Shown here: positions 12,973 through 25,800 of the stretch, one piece after another
Position numbering within the stretch: position 1 is the first letter of the stretch
Layout: each line of letters starts with the position of its first letter
Assembly (NCBI GenBank): GCA_031835245.2
Contig: JAVKOQ020000070.1
Span: forward strand, 62,001 to 126,000
DNA from: Balamuthia mandrillaris
Taxonomy: Eukaryota
Direction: 5' to 3'
Length of the DNA: 64,000 nucleotides
The notes under the pieces: generated by a model
Told to the model about the DNA's origin: nothing
What the model saw: the letters and a program-made list of their open reading frames with translations, nothing else
The model's database searches: none
Translations under genes and position numbers: made by a program

Positions 12973-13305
12973 ATGGCTTCCAACCCCTACTTTGGTGCTC
13001 CAACACCACCACGCACTCCCAACGGCACGGCCTTTGGAGGAGCCGCTGCTTCCTCCTCCAACAATCCTCCGCTCCTGCTTCATCCCTCTCCCTCGGCTGC
13101 CTCTTCCAGCTCCGCCTCGCCGGCTTCCTCCGCCTCGCCCGCCTCCTCCCCCTCCGTCTCGGCGCCCTCCACCCCCGTCCTCTCCCTGGAGGAGCGCTAC
13201 GCAAAGCTGGTGGAGGCCTACAAGAAAATCAAGCAGCAAAACTCTCTCTTGAAACAAGCCGTTCTTCAGGTCTTTTTTTCCCTGTTGTTGTTCTTCTTGT
13301 TGTTC

Positions 13306-13337
<32 letters not shown>

Positions 13338-15514
13338 CTTCTTGTTCTTCTTCTTCTTCTTCTTCTTCTTCTTCTTCTTCTTCTTGTTCTTCTTCTTCTT
13401 CTTCTTCTTCTTCTTCTTCTTCTTCTTCTTCTTCTTCTTCTCCTTCTCTCCTTCTCCTGCTTCTTTCTTCGTTGGTTAACTTTGTTTTGATTAAAAAAAA
13501 AAAGGGAAGAGAAGGGCTAAGAGCAGAGGAGAAGAAGAGAGAGGTGGTGGAAGAGCGCACCAAAGAGGTGGAGAAGGAGCTGCGCGCCGCCACGGAGGAG
13601 AACGGCATGCTCAAGTTCCACAACAATAACCTCAGCAAAAAAATATTGGCCCTTCAGGAGACCTTCAAAGAGGTGCTTTTCCTCTCTCCTCTCGCTCTTC
13701 TTCTTCTTCTTCTTCTTCTTCTTCTTCTTCTTCTTCTTCTTCTTCTTCTTCTTCTTCTTCTTCTTCTTCTTCTTGTTCTTCTTCTTCTTCTTCTCTCCTT
13801 CTCTCCTTCTTCTCCTGTCTTCCACACTCTTCTTGTAGTTTTTTTTTCGGTTCATGTCTCCTCATGTTTGTGTATTTGAAACGAGCACAGCAACAAAGCT
13901 CGGGTGAAGGTGCAGGCTGGTTCAGGTCTGGTGCAAAACAAGAGCTACTAAAAAAGAGAGAAGAACTCTCAGTATTGAAAGGAGAACTTTTGGCTAAAAT
14001 CTCTGAAAATGGTTTTTTCTTTCTCTTCTTCTCATTTCTTCTTCTTGTTCTTCTTCTTCTTCTTGTTCTTCTTCTTCTTCTTCTTCTTCTTCTTCTTCTT
14101 CTTCTTCTTCTTCCTCTTCTGCTTCTTGTTCTTCTGCTTCTGCTTCTTCTATTTCTTCTTTCTTGTAACGTTTTTTCTACTACAAACGAAACAGAAATGT
14201 TGAATAACAAAATATTTGAGTTGGAACGGTCACACAGAGCAACAGTGGAACTGCTTGAAAAGAAGATGAAAGGCATTAAACAGAACGAACAAAAGCTGAG
14301 GGACAGTATGGACGAGCAGATGCACGCTCATCAGAGGCTTGTTGCTGTACTTTCACAGGAACGAGAGGACTTAGCGGGAAAAGCTTCCATGCTGCAAGAT
14401 AGTCTTTCTAGGTTGCGTTTTCTACCTGTTGTTCTATTCTCACTCCCCTCTCTCTCTCTTCTGGTTCTTGTGCCGTATGTTCCGTCTTCTTCTTCTCACT
14501 CTCGAACCACAGAACCCAAAATTTGATGAAAGAAAGAGAAGCAGCAATGACACAGATACAAGAAAAGTTAACAGGAGATCTCAAGCGTTCAAAACTTATT
14601 CTGAAGAACAAAGTCCTCTTTGATGACACCCGAGTGGAGCGGTTCAATCTTCGAAACGTTCCCGCTTTCGACTCTTCATTGGAGAGGAAGAAAGTGGAGA
14701 TGGCCCAACAATGGATTAAATTGTTTGAACAGTTTGTTCAAAACTCTGCCGATTACTTCTCTGCCTTTCATGAGAGACTTCTGCTGATGAACAAAAGCAC
14801 AACTATCTCCAATGATTTGCGTAATGTCAATAGAAAGGTATGCCTTCCTTCTCTTGTTTCTTTAGGCCTTTCCTTGTTCTGCTTTTTTCTTCCAGCTTCT
14901 AAAATGCTTTGGATTCGCGTTTTTCTTTTTTGATTCCAACAGGTGATATTGGTGATACCATCACATGCAAAGTATCTCACACAAGTTTATACTGCTCTTA
15001 ATGACTTACTACAACAATCGCAAGATGTTATAACAAAGCAGCATGTTGCCCTTGATCCCGAACAAAGCGTACGAGTTTTTCTCTTTTCTAGCATTTGAGA
15101 CAAAGCACAAATCTTTCTAACATAATATATTTTATTATTTTGGGTACTAGGCGGAAGTCATTCGAACGTTGCAACGATTTGTCCTCTTCAACAAAAAGTT
15201 GCTCACATATCAGCAAATGAGATTAACGGAAGAATCCAGACAAGAGAGTTGCGAAGAGGCCATCAAAACACGCAACGAAATGTTGCAGCAGACACACATC
15301 GCCTTTCACGCCGCATTAGAAAAACTTAACTCTTATGTTGCTCTTGCTTTGCAACCTGCAAACGGTATTTTTTTTTCGTCATTTGTTTGTTCTTTGACAT
15401 TACTGATCTCAACTGATGCAGAGAGAAGCCAACGAAAAGCGAGTCCCAGCAATCGCATGTACATTCTGAAGCAAGTTTATCATTGTCTGTGTAGTCTTAA
15501 CCAAATCTATAAAA

Positions 15515-15550
<36 letters not shown>

Positions 15551-17395
15551 CAAGCACAACTAAATGATGCAAATTTTGAAAATACAGCATTTACTGAGCA
15601 GCTCTCTTCAAAGATCACTCTCGAACACAAAAATCCATTTATGTTGCCTGCTCTGAAGAGCGTAAACGAGCGGTTAGAGCAACAAGCATCTTCCGTCATG
15701 TCCCTCTTTGGCAAAATGGTGCAATCCTTGGAGGCTTTTCTTACTTTGTTGTACACCCCTGTTCCTTACCCCGTTCGTGGTGCAAAGGTACCTTTGTTGT
15801 TCTATATCTAGCTTTTCTTGTGTTGCACTTCCTTTAAATGATATTACTACTGTCACCAGGTTGAGGAAGTTACGGATGCATCGCTATTCGAAACTGAGGC
15901 AAGGGGACGCAGTTATTTACAACTGCTGAATGGAAGTATAGGCGGTAAAGAGCGGCCGCACGTGCCCTACATTACCGCTGTACAAAACCAACAAACCATC
16001 GTTCAGTTCGAACAGCGCAAACGACAGTATCTTCTCAAGATACAAAACATAACAAGTAATCATGACATTCCCTTTTCTTGTTTCTCTTTTTTTGTGTAAC
16101 ACAATATACTTTTCTCAGAACAAAAGGAACACTTTGAACAAGAAAAGCTGCGGCTGCAGTTGGAGTTGGCAACTACGAAAGACTCCCTCGCCTCGAAACA
16201 ATCGCGGCTCAATGCACTATTGGAGGAACTGGCTTCCACTCGCCAAATGCTTCAACAACTGGTTCGCACTTATTCTAATTCCCTAACTTCCATTTTCTTT
16301 TCCGCTCCGTTTTGCTTTTGCCTCTATTAGTATTACTTTGTTAGAGCAATTTTTTAACCACATTATCTTAATAACGTTTGTTAACTTATTAGAGAGCAAC
16401 ATATGTGAAAGTGAAGAATGATGCAGCTTCTTCTCCACAAATGTTGGCCACTCTCGATAGTGTATTACAACGCACGGAAGAGATGGGACAACGTGGTAGC
16501 GGCCCGGACCTTCCCTCCGTCCATAATCCTGAACAAGAAACAGCCAGTTCTAACGACGTAACGCCTTGCACATCCAATCAAGAATCGTCATCTGTACATG
16601 CTTCTCTCTCTCTCTGTCTCTCTCTTACCCCCACTCTCACTCTTACTCTCACTAATGCAAAACAAAACAGGAGAATGGATATGTTTTAGAAGAAGAGATT
16701 CAGGAAGACGTTGGAGCGAGCCAAGAAGTGGTGGCGGAGGAGGTTGTGGAAGAGGCAAGAGAAGACGAAGAGGGAGCTGAGGATACGTCTCCAGAAGAGA
16801 TTATCGCAGGTGAGCAAGGGGCCAACGCCAAGAAGTTCACCATGATTGTGATGGACGAAAGCGGCGCTCAATCTGACGTATGTATTTCTGTTCTCTATTT
16901 TCTCTTTCTTGGGCATTTGCACTAATTTTTCTCCTTAAGTCATTGAACCTTTCTGCGGAAGACCGAGAGCGCGAGATGGCAGTGAAGAAGTTCTACGAAG
17001 CAAAAGAAAACCAATTATTAGCCCAGGTGCTTTACCTTCTCTTTTCCCTTCCTTCCTTTTCACTGTCTTTCGTCTCATTGTTGTTTTTTACAAAGATAAA
17101 AGCAGCAGACCAAAAAGCAATCGAGTTCTACGAAGAGTTAACACGGGCGTTGAAGTCCCTCGAGACAACAGAACTTCAACGCGACGAACTGTTGGAGAAA
17201 TGCGTGGAGGCAGAAAAGGCGTTGGAGGCGGTGAAGGACGAGTTGGAGCTGACTCGCACTCAATACGAAGGCCAGATGAGAATCTTCTCGGAGCACATCG
17301 CCAGCTTGAACGATAAGTTGATGGCGCAGGAAGAGAAGCTCGTCACCTATCAACGCGCGGCGAAAGCAGCTGCGGGAGGCAATAAAGGCAAATAA
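12973..17395 (+). CDS. PPP1R21: PPP1R21 (KLRAQ1/CCDC128; FERRY complex Fy-2) homologue, multi-exon
   Basis: N-terminal ERYAKLVEAYKKIKQQNSLLKQAV...LKFHNNNLSKKI resembles the KLRAQ domain; VLFDDTR...NVP resembles VPFNDTK...NVP; C-terminal LTRTQYEGQMRIFSEHIASLNDKL resembles the TTKRSYEDQ domain. Confidence 0.8.
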
Positions 17396-17510
17396 GAGAG
17401 CACAGGTTTTTATAAATAATTTTTTTTGGAGAACATTTGTTAGGAACGGAATGGAAGGAGAGAAAAGCATGTGAAAGCAAGAATGGGAACGAAGAAAGAG
17501 CAAAGGAAAG

Positions 17511-19311
17511 TCATTGAAGGATGGGAGAGCAGGCAAAGCAGAGGCATTGATGGATGAAGAGGATGGGTTTGCAGTCCTCGCATATGCGCACGCTTTTCTT
17601 GTCGAAGCTCGTGTGAGGAATGCATTGTCGCGTGGCCGTACAGTCGCCACAATACAGTTGGCCACATCTGTTTTGTTGTCGTTTTAAGTGTGAGCAAAAA
17701 CAAAACCCCAAACATTAAAAAAAACAAGAATGAAAGATACCTGCGACAATGGTGTTTCTGCAAAGCACGACAACGACAAAGCACAACAGTGAAAGAATAT
17801 CAGTCACAACATTGATTAGGAGGAACGGAAAGCAAAGTAAAGGTGTACTCTATGCAAAACCGTGAACCTGGACCTACACTTGGTGCAAACTTCGGAGATG
17901 GCATCGTTCTGCCAAGGGTAACACTTGATCTGAATGGCTTCGTTGACGAAAGGCCCGCTCTTGCCGAGTTGCATGGTTTGGTAGGCTATCTTTTTCTTCA
18001 GCTGGAGAAGGTTGGCTCCCAAAGAGGTGAACAGGCGGTTCACTTGCTGTATGTTTTTCTTGGAGGAGAGAGCTACCCAATGCTGACATCTCCACTTCTC
18101 TGCGCAGTGCATTCCTTTCTGGTGTTGTAGTTGTTGTTAAATTAAACGAATGACGGGAAGAAAGAAGAAAGACGGAGAAGAAGGAAGGAGAAGGAAGAAT
18201 GCAGAAGGAATAAAAGCAAGAAGAAAGAACCTCATGGGCAAGAGGAAGAGGAGGAGCAAGATCGCCCATCAACTCTTGGCTGGCAGGATCTCGTTGAATT
18301 TCGTACATGTCAGCTTTGGTTGCCACTATGTAAATAATGAGGTTTTCGGGTGCCTTCTCCCGAAGTTGAGCTATCCAAAACTTCACTTTTGACTGTTGAT
18401 AATAGCTGTTAGTTCGGTTTATCAGTAAAGGGAATAGAGAGGGAAAAGAGAAGTTACAAGATTGGCAGGGCGATCGTAAAAGAGTATAGCGGCATGTGCA
18501 TCGGCGCAATAAATCTTGTTCATGCAGTCATATTGTTCTGCTCCAGCTGGAACAGGGAAAGGAGAGATTGGGAGTCTTAAGTTATTGAACAAAATAAAAG
18601 AGGGAGGGGAAGTAGGCAATCGTTACATGTGTCCCAAAGTTCCAGGTTAACAGTGTGCGATCCTAAGTCGAACTCCTTATACAAAAATGCAGCTGCAAAG
18701 TTATGAGTATCCAAAAGGGTAAGTGTTAACCGTTTTTTAAATGTAAAGTGAGGGTTAGAGAGAGAACCTCCTAGCGTGGAAATAGTGGATTGGGTGGTTT
18801 TGCCTTGAGTCCACGTCAGCGCCAGAGAAGACTTTCCTGTATCTTGAGCTCCTAACATTATCACCTTTTATTAGAAAGGAAAACAAGAATGGTCAGCCAT
18901 AGATAGAAGAGAAGAGAGAAGGGAGAACGAGTGAGCGAGCACATGAGAGGGAGAGAGAGGAGAAAAGGAGAGAAAAGACAGAAGGAACAGAATTAGTTAC
19001 TTTAAACATGTGATGTTTGCCTATTTGCTGTTGAGCATCATAGAGCACTATTTCTTCTTCGACTGTGGTGCGTAAGCTCTCATCAATATTCAACCGGTCC
19101 ATTTCTTCCTGAACTTCCAGCTCTGCTTCTTTGTTGTCGTGGCACTCTTTGGCGATGAAGTTGGTGCAAAGGTATTTTAAGTCATCCACGTAACTTCCTT
19201 GTCTTAAAGAATCAACGCATGATGTATCTGTTAATAATAGATAACAGGTTAATAAACATTTGTTTTCGTCATCTCAAAGAGTGCAGAGAGAGAGAGAAAC
19301 AGAGAGAGAGG

Positions 19312-19360
<49 letters not shown>

Positions 19361-20089
19361 GCACTATAAAGCCAGTGAGACATTGTTTGCTAATTTAGGT
19401 GATGTAATGAAGAAAAAACAGTTAGAATTCAAATACAAGAGGGAACAAGACGATGGACAGATGCTGATGGATAGCTTACTTCAGGATTGCTGATGGCTCC
19501 CATGATAACGAGAGGTTTAACACACTTTGCCTGAAGATTCTTGTTGGAGTGAGTGGCCCAATGCAACGCTGTTGTTCCTTTCTTGTCCTTTACCGCCAAC
19601 AACTTTTGAAACTGCTTCTTGTTGTTGGAGCGCACCACTTGTTCCTTAAGAAACTGCCAATCCATCTTCAACCATTCGTTGAGCGACTTTTCTCCTTCTT
19701 TCTCTTCCTTCTCTTCTTCTTTTCTGTCGAGTTCCTCTCTTTGTTTTTCCTCCTCTTCTCTTTGTCGTTCTTCCAAGTCACTCTTTTTCTTTTTGTTTAT
19801 TCGCTCTTCTTCTCCTCGTTCTTGTCCTTCCTTTGCTTCGGTTGTTGCCGGTTCTGTGTTGCCATTGCTTACATCGAGTTGTTCTGGGTGCTCGTGCATA
19901 TAAATGGCCTCACGTTGTTCTTTTTGAGTGGCCGCATCTTTTTCTTTGGCGAATGATGAGAGAAGGATATACAAACACTCCTCGTGATTTGCTGGTGCTT
20001 TCATAACGGCGTGCAACGGAGTAGCTCCTTTCTTGTCTTTTGTTGCTACCTTAATTGTTTGTTGTTTATTAGTACAGCAAGAGAGATGA

Positions 20090-20120
<31 letters not shown>

Positions 20121-20160
20121 GAGAGAGCATTGGGAGAGGGAGAGCTAGAAGAGAAGAGAG

Positions 20161-20191
<31 letters not shown>

Positions 20192-20447
20192 CGGGGAAGA
20201 GAAAGAGAAGCCAAAAAGAAGAAAACTCTTACTCTAGCGCCATGAGTGAGCAGGAAGTGAAGAGTTCTAGGTTCACCCGCCTCGGCGGCAAGGTGCACCA
20301 CTGAAGTGGGCAAAGAGCGATTCTGCAACACTTTCTCAAAGGAAAAGGCGGCCTCCACTTGGTCAAACCATCCTTCCAGCTTCTTCTTCGCCTCTCCTTC
20401 CTCTGGGAAAATAAATACCATGTGTAAGCGAGAAAGAGCAAAGAGCA

Positions 20448-20478
<31 letters not shown>

Positions 20479-21383
20479 CAAGGGAGAACAGAGAGCAGAA
20501 GCAGAGAGCAGAGAGCAGAGAGCAGAGAGCAGAGAGCAGAGAGCAGAGAGCAGAGAGAGAGAGCAGGAGCAGAGAGCAGAGAGCAGAGGCAGAGCAGAGG
20601 CAGAGGCAGAGAGCAGAGAGCAGAGAGCAGAGAGCAGAGCAGAGAGCAGAGAGCAGAGAGAGCAGAGAGCAGAGAGCAGAGAGCAGAGAGCAGAAGAGAG
20701 CAGAGAGCAGAGAGCAGAGAGCAGAGAGCAGAGAGCAGAGAGCAGAGAGCAGAGAGCAGAGAGCAGAGAGCAGAGAGCAGAGAGCAGAGAGCAGAGAGCA
20801 GAGAAGAAAGCAGAAGCGGTGAGAAAGGAGAAGAGAAAGCAAAGAAGAGAAAAAAGTTACGGTCAGCGGCTCTTCGGCGGCGCTCCCAAAGTTTGCCCTG
20901 CCTGTAAACCTGCAACAAGCACTTCTTCTTCTCGGCGTCCTTCATGTGGGCGTTGGCGCAGAGCAAGTGGTAGAGGGTGGTGCTGTCCACCAATCGAACG
21001 GCCGAGCGAACGCCGGAGGAGGAGGGCGAGGTAGCGGGAGAGCCCGAAGAGGGAGGAGGAGACGAGGGGGCAGCCAGCTCAGAAGAAGAGAACGGTTCCG
21101 TCGCACTGGCAGAAGCAGCAGAGGAAGGAGGGGAAGAAGAGGAGCTCTGCTCCTCGTAGAGCTGCGACAGAGAGAACGTGATGGCGGAGAAGACGCTGAG
21201 GAAGCGCTCCTTGGTGTAGCCCTGGGCGGCCTGGAAGAGGATGCCCAAAAGTTTGTCGGCGGAAGCGCCGCCGCTGCCGCTGCCACCGCCACCCGCGGCG
21301 GCGATGCTGCAGGCCGCAGCAGGGGAAGACAAAGTCGTCGCTGAGCTAGGCGAGGAGGAGGAGGAGGAGGCAAGGCTCTCCAT
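17511..21383 (-). CDS. Ankyrin repeat - Rab-like GTPase - FYVE fusion protein, multi-exon
   Basis: Ankyrin HLAAEAG, GATPLH, GTTALHWA; P-loop GAQDTGKSS, TLGAAFL, LELWDTAGAE, VATKAD; FYVE WQND...CTKCRSRF...RKHHCR-CGQLYCGDC...VRICEDC; I joined the exons in frame from the last ankyrin repeat to the GTPase, including a 25-nt micro-exon near 19365-19390. Confidence 0.8.
20489..20800. repeat. Intronic (CAGAGAG)n heptamer tandem repeat
   Basis: About 40 units of AGAGCAG with pentamer and other variants, in intron 1 of the Ank-Rab-FYVE gene. Confidence 0.95.
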
Positions 21384-21808
21384 TATTTATTTTATATTTT
21401 CTTTCTTTTTTCTTTTAATTTTTTTTCTGATTTTTTCAAAGCTTATTTCAGGTTGTTGTTGTTCATCCTATTACAGTTGGTACAATTCCCTACGAGGTAA
21501 TATGCAGAAATTCGCTTTTTGATTTTTGATTGGATTTCATGTAAAAAAAAATCAAGCTGGAATCGGTGGGAGTTGAACCGGCGAACGGAAAAAAAAAACA
21601 AATCAAACGCGACAACGGCGGGCATCGAACCGACGGCCTTCACTCAGCGGACCAAAAAAAACAAACAAACAAAAAGAAAGCAGCAGAAGAAAGGCGCAGA
21701 GAGAAAGGGGGAGAAACCAAACCAACTCTCTTTTCCAAGTAAACTCGGGGCTCCGGAGGGGAACAAAAAAAAACAAAACAAAAAACACCTGCACTACCAA
21801 GTGAAACT

Positions 21809-22078
21809 ATGGACGCGAGGACGATCAGAGAGAGCAGCCTCATCCTGGCTCAAGCCGGCACGCACGCCAAACACTCCACCATTCTTGCCGACAAGTGCTG
21901 GCCCCTCTGCATGAAGGGGGAGCCCCCCGCCTTCCTCACCGTCGGCCACAAGGAGTGCTTCACCAACTGCGTGCTGCGTCGGGGGGATGCCACTAACGTC
22001 GTTGCCCAGCGCCTGCAAGCCCTTCACCAAGCGGAAGCCAAGCGACACCTGGCCGTGCAATCTTCCACTTCTGATTAA
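21809..22078 (+). CDS. Small Tim chaperone (twin CX3C; Tim8/Tim13/Tim9/10 family), intronless
   Basis: 89 aa with DKCWPLC-x15-CFTNC twin CX3C motif. Confidence 0.8.
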   Translation: MDARTIRESSLILAQAGTHAKHSTILADKCWPLCMKGEPPAFLTVGHKECFTNCVLRRGDATNVVAQRLQALHQAEAKRHLAVQSSTSD

Positions 22079-22130
22079 CCAAAAAAAAATGTTTCGCTTT
22101 TTTTTTGATTTTGTTGAGATTCTTGCTTTC

Positions 22131-22172
<42 letters not shown>

Positions 22173-22310
22173 CTCTCCTTCAAAGCAAGATCGGAAGCAG
22201 CACTTAGTTTATTAAACACGCAATGTTACTCTATTGGACCGCGCAAAGCCCTCAAGAACAGCTCGCCTGCGCACCTCTGCCCCCCTGCCCTTGCTTCTTC
22301 GTCTCTCTCC

Positions 22311-23142
22311 TTATTGTTGGTTTTTGGAGGCGGTCAATGCCTTCCACGCGTTCCATCCGCCCTCCAGGTTGTTCACCTCCCCAAAGCCCTTCGCCCCCAA
22401 CACTTTTGGAGGCGTGAGTAAGAGCGAAGCGAGAAGAGGATAACAGAGAAAACGAGAGAAGCAGAGAAGCAGAGAAGAGAAAGCAGAGAGAAGAAAAGAG
22501 AAGCAGTAGAGTAGCGATAGAAGAGAAGAGAGAGAGAGAGAGAAGCATAGAAGCACGAGAGAAGAAATAGAGACGAAACCTTGGCAGGCCATGGCGGACC
22601 TCACGCCAGAGCGGCAGTACAGCAACAGCTTCTTGTTCTTTAGGCCTTGCAGCTCCTCCGTGCTGGCATCGCGCACTACACGGCCCAGAGAGACGTGCTT
22701 CGCTCCTGGTATGGTTCCTGCTTGCACCTCATCTTGTTTTTTTTGTTGCCGTCAACCAAAGCATTGACACACGAGAGGAAAGAGAGAAGAAAAGAAGAAC
22801 GAAGAAAGCAACTACAGAAAGCAGAAGAGAGAAGAAAGTAGAGAAGAGAGGAGAACCAGGTTCTCTGACGTCGACCACGACGTACTACAACAGGCCACAC
22901 ACGTTGGTGAGTTTGTTTCAAAAATTCAAAAAAAGAACAAAAGAAAAAAGAACGAGAAGAACTCGACGCACTTGTTGAAGGCCATTGAGAGCTTCCTCCG
23001 CCGACACACGCGAGAATGGCTCGTTAGGATTCTTTGTGGCCAACCACCTTCTACCTGCTTCTCCAAAACTGGCCCCCCTCCATGCGGAGGAGCAAGGAGC
23101 AGGAGCAGAAGACAAGGCAGCACGGCGTAGGTAGGCTTGCAT
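22311..23142 (-). CDS. Single-domain rhodanese/sulfurtransferase with probable mitochondrial presequence, 4 exons
   Basis: MQAYLRRAALSS... Arg-rich leader; VVVVDVR, GTIPGAKHV, active loop YCRSGVRS, NLEGGWNAW. Confidence 0.85.
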
Positions 23143-23251
23143 TCTTTCTTCTCTTATTGCTTCTTTCTTTCGCTTTTTCTTTCGAATTTCGTGCTTTGTT
23201 GCAGAATTACTGCGCATGTCCTGCTCGTTTGTCCGCAAAAAATAGAAGATA

Positions 23252-24933
23252 TCAAGGAAACAGCTCTTCCCAGTCGGTGGAGGAGAGAGAGAAGGAAGGA
23301 AGCTGCGTGGCGGGGGCCTGTTGTTGCTGCTGGGAGTAATGATGCCTCTGCTGCGAATGCCTGACCTGCGAGCCAAGTTGTTGTTTCTTCCTGGATTGAA
23401 AACAAACAAAGGAGAAATGCGTTAAAGCTTGAACAAGGAACGTAAAAGAAGGAAAGACCATAAGAAAGAAAGAATGATACGTTGAACACATAGCAGAAGC
23501 ACTGATTCTTCCTCCTTGAGTGGATGTTGAAGAAGGAGGATGAACAGGTGGTACGTTCTGTTGTCGCTCTTTCAATCTTTGGAGGGTTTGCAGGCGTTCT
23601 AACTCTGCTTCGACCTTTTGCAAGCTGTGACGCTGTTTCTCTTCTTTCATCGCCAAGTTCTTTTCTTGGTAGAGGAGAGAGTCGCGCAGCGTTTGAAGCG
23701 TCTTCAGTTCTTCTTCACCTCTTCTCACTTCGTCTGCGATGCTGAAAGGCACAACGAAAAATTTGTAATGAAGAAAATGAGAGCAGGGAAGAGGGAAGCC
23801 GAATAGATGAAAGAAGGAAAACAGAAGAATGAAGGCTACGGAAGAGGTTACAAACCTTTGGCTCTCGACCTTGAACGTGAGTACGCCTTCCTGATGCTTC
23901 TTCTCTATCTCTTGGATGCTCTCCGTTAACGAACAAAGTTTTGCTTCCAACGCTGCAAAAAAGAAAACAGAAAGAAAGAACGATAAGAAGAGAGGCAGTA
24001 AAAAGAAGAAAGAGAAGGAACCTTGGTTCTGTTTCTCCACGTCTTTGCGCTTACGCTTAAGCTCCTCAAGTTGGGCAACTCTTTCTTCTTCTCCCGCTAA
24101 TACGTTCTTCTTGTCCTCCACTTTGATTCGCAGCTCCTCGTTGAGCCTTTGCAGCTCCTCGAAGGTTATCACTTGCCCCTTCTTCTCTGCAACATAGGCT
24201 TCGTTTGTCACCAACAACAGCAACTCCAATTCGCTATCTTCTTCGTGTCCTTCTTCATTCTTTGCTGCTTCCTCGCGAAAGCAACGAATGGGCAATCCTC
24301 TATGCAGTTTCTCCATATCAGAGATGAACTTCTCCCTTTTGTGAAGGGAGAACAGTCGGCAAGTGTTAAAGATGCAACGGTGAAGGTTGTGTGTGTGGGT
24401 TTCTTGAAACCTTTGCGATGCTATCCGGTCTTCCAGTTGGTCCAAAGCACATTGAAGGCTCTTGTCGTCCATCGTCATCGCTTCGTGCTCTGTTTGTTGT
24501 TTTTTTTTTGTTATGTTTGTTGTGGCAACAACACACACCCTCCTAAATGGAACAGAACGTACCCTTCTCTCTTGCCTCCACGATTCTCTTTGTTTCAAGG
24601 TGTTGGGCCTCCAACTCTCCCAGCTGTCTTAGGAACACAAGAAGCGAGAATGAGCAGCGGAACAGGAAGCAAGAGGCAACAAAGGTAGGATCCGTTCGCT
24701 TACTGTTTCAGCTCATCGAGGCGCAGCTGGCATTCCTTGGCGAGCAGGGCAACGGTGGCACGGCTCTCCTCCGCCCCCTGCCACTCCCTTTGGGCCTGCC
24801 GCAAGGCCTCGCTCCTCCCCTGGTGCTGCTCTTTGAGCTGGTGGATCTCGTTGAAGAGGCCCTCCACGCCCATCGCCGCTGTCGTTGTTGAGCCGTTGCG
24901 GGTGCTCCTCCTGCTGCTGCCCTCCTTCTCCAT
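23252..24933 (-). CDS. Hypothetical coiled-coil protein, multi-exon
   Basis: E/K/Q/L-rich heptad exons separated by pyrimidine-rich GT-AG introns; no family recognised; 3' end uncertain. Confidence 0.55.
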
Positions 24934-25080
24934 GCTTCTTGCTTTCTTTCTTCTTCTGTGGTTGAAGAGAGTGAAAAAAAAATGTAGTAAAAATGTAGCA
25001 AAAATGTAGCGAACAAAAATAATTAAAAAAATAAAAAGAAAAAACGAAAAAAAATAGCGAAAACATACAGTAAAAAAAAA

Positions 25081-25800
25081 ATGGAGGGGGTGGTGGAGGA
25101 GCTCTACCAGGACTACAAGCGCCAACACTTTGCCGATGTGGAGGACCTCAGTGTTGCCGACCTGCTGGCGCTGCAGGAAAAAGATGAGCCCCGCAAGGCG
25201 GCGGTGGTGCTGGTGGACGTGCGAGAAGACAACGAACGAGCGGTGAGCATGCTGCCTTGCGCTGTGACCGAAGAGCAGTTCTGGGGATGGATGAAAGCGA
25301 AAGAGAACGAGCGCGAGCAAGAGAAAGAAGGGGAAGAGGTGATCGTGGTGCCGTATTGTACGATTGGGTATCGCAGCGGTTTGTTCGCGCGTTATTTGCA
25401 CCAACGGTTTGCCCAAGATGGAAGAAGAAAGGGCGGAGAAGACGAAAGAGGAGAAAGAGCTCGAAGAACAAGTGTGAAGAATTTGAGGGGAAGTTTGTTG
25501 GCGTGGACGCACGAGCAGCAGCCGTTGGTCACCCCAGAGGGAAACCCAACCACTCGAGTTCATACTTTTGGGAAAGAGGTTCGTCTTTCTTCTCTCTTCT
25601 TTCTGCTATATCACTTTCTTACCTCCACAACTACGACTATAACGATAAAATTACAACCAATAAAGTGGGCGCTGGTTCCACCTAACTACAGTGCCATCTA
25701 CGCAACTGGCGTGGCAAGGTGGGGCCTCAATGCCAAGACCGCGTTACGGACGGCACGTTGGGCCATCGTGTCTTCTCGCTCCTCTTCTTTCTTTTCCTGA
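25081..25800 (+). CDS. Rhodanese-like domain protein (YCTIGYRS type), one intron
   Basis: VLVDVRE, VSMLPCA, YCTIGYRSG, NLRGSLLAW, RVHTFG..W. Confidence 0.8.
   Translation: MEGVVEELYQDYKRQHFADVEDLSVADLLALQEKDEPRKAAVVLVDVREDNERAVSMLPCAVTEEQFWGWMKAKENEREQEKEGEEVIVVPYCTIGYRSGLFARYLHQRFAQDGRRKGGEDERGERARRTSVKNLRGSLLAWTHEQQPLVTPEGNPTTRVHTFGKEVRLSSLFFLLYHFLTSTTTTITIKLQPIKWALVPPNYSAIYATGVARWGLNAKTALRTARWAIVSSRSSSFFS

Noticed and set aside
20306..21034. ORFs with AESREQR/LCSLLSA repeats
   Set aside because: Stop-free translation of an intronic heptamer repeat
21555..21660. Complete tRNA gene
   Set aside because: Only T-arm/3' acceptor-like halves; no D arm, anticodon arm or 5' acceptor strand
22311..25800. 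Two nearby rhodanese genes as a sulfur/selenium cluster or selenoproteins
   Set aside because: Different subfamilies, Cys active sites, no in-frame TGA or SECIS seen; proximity is likely chance
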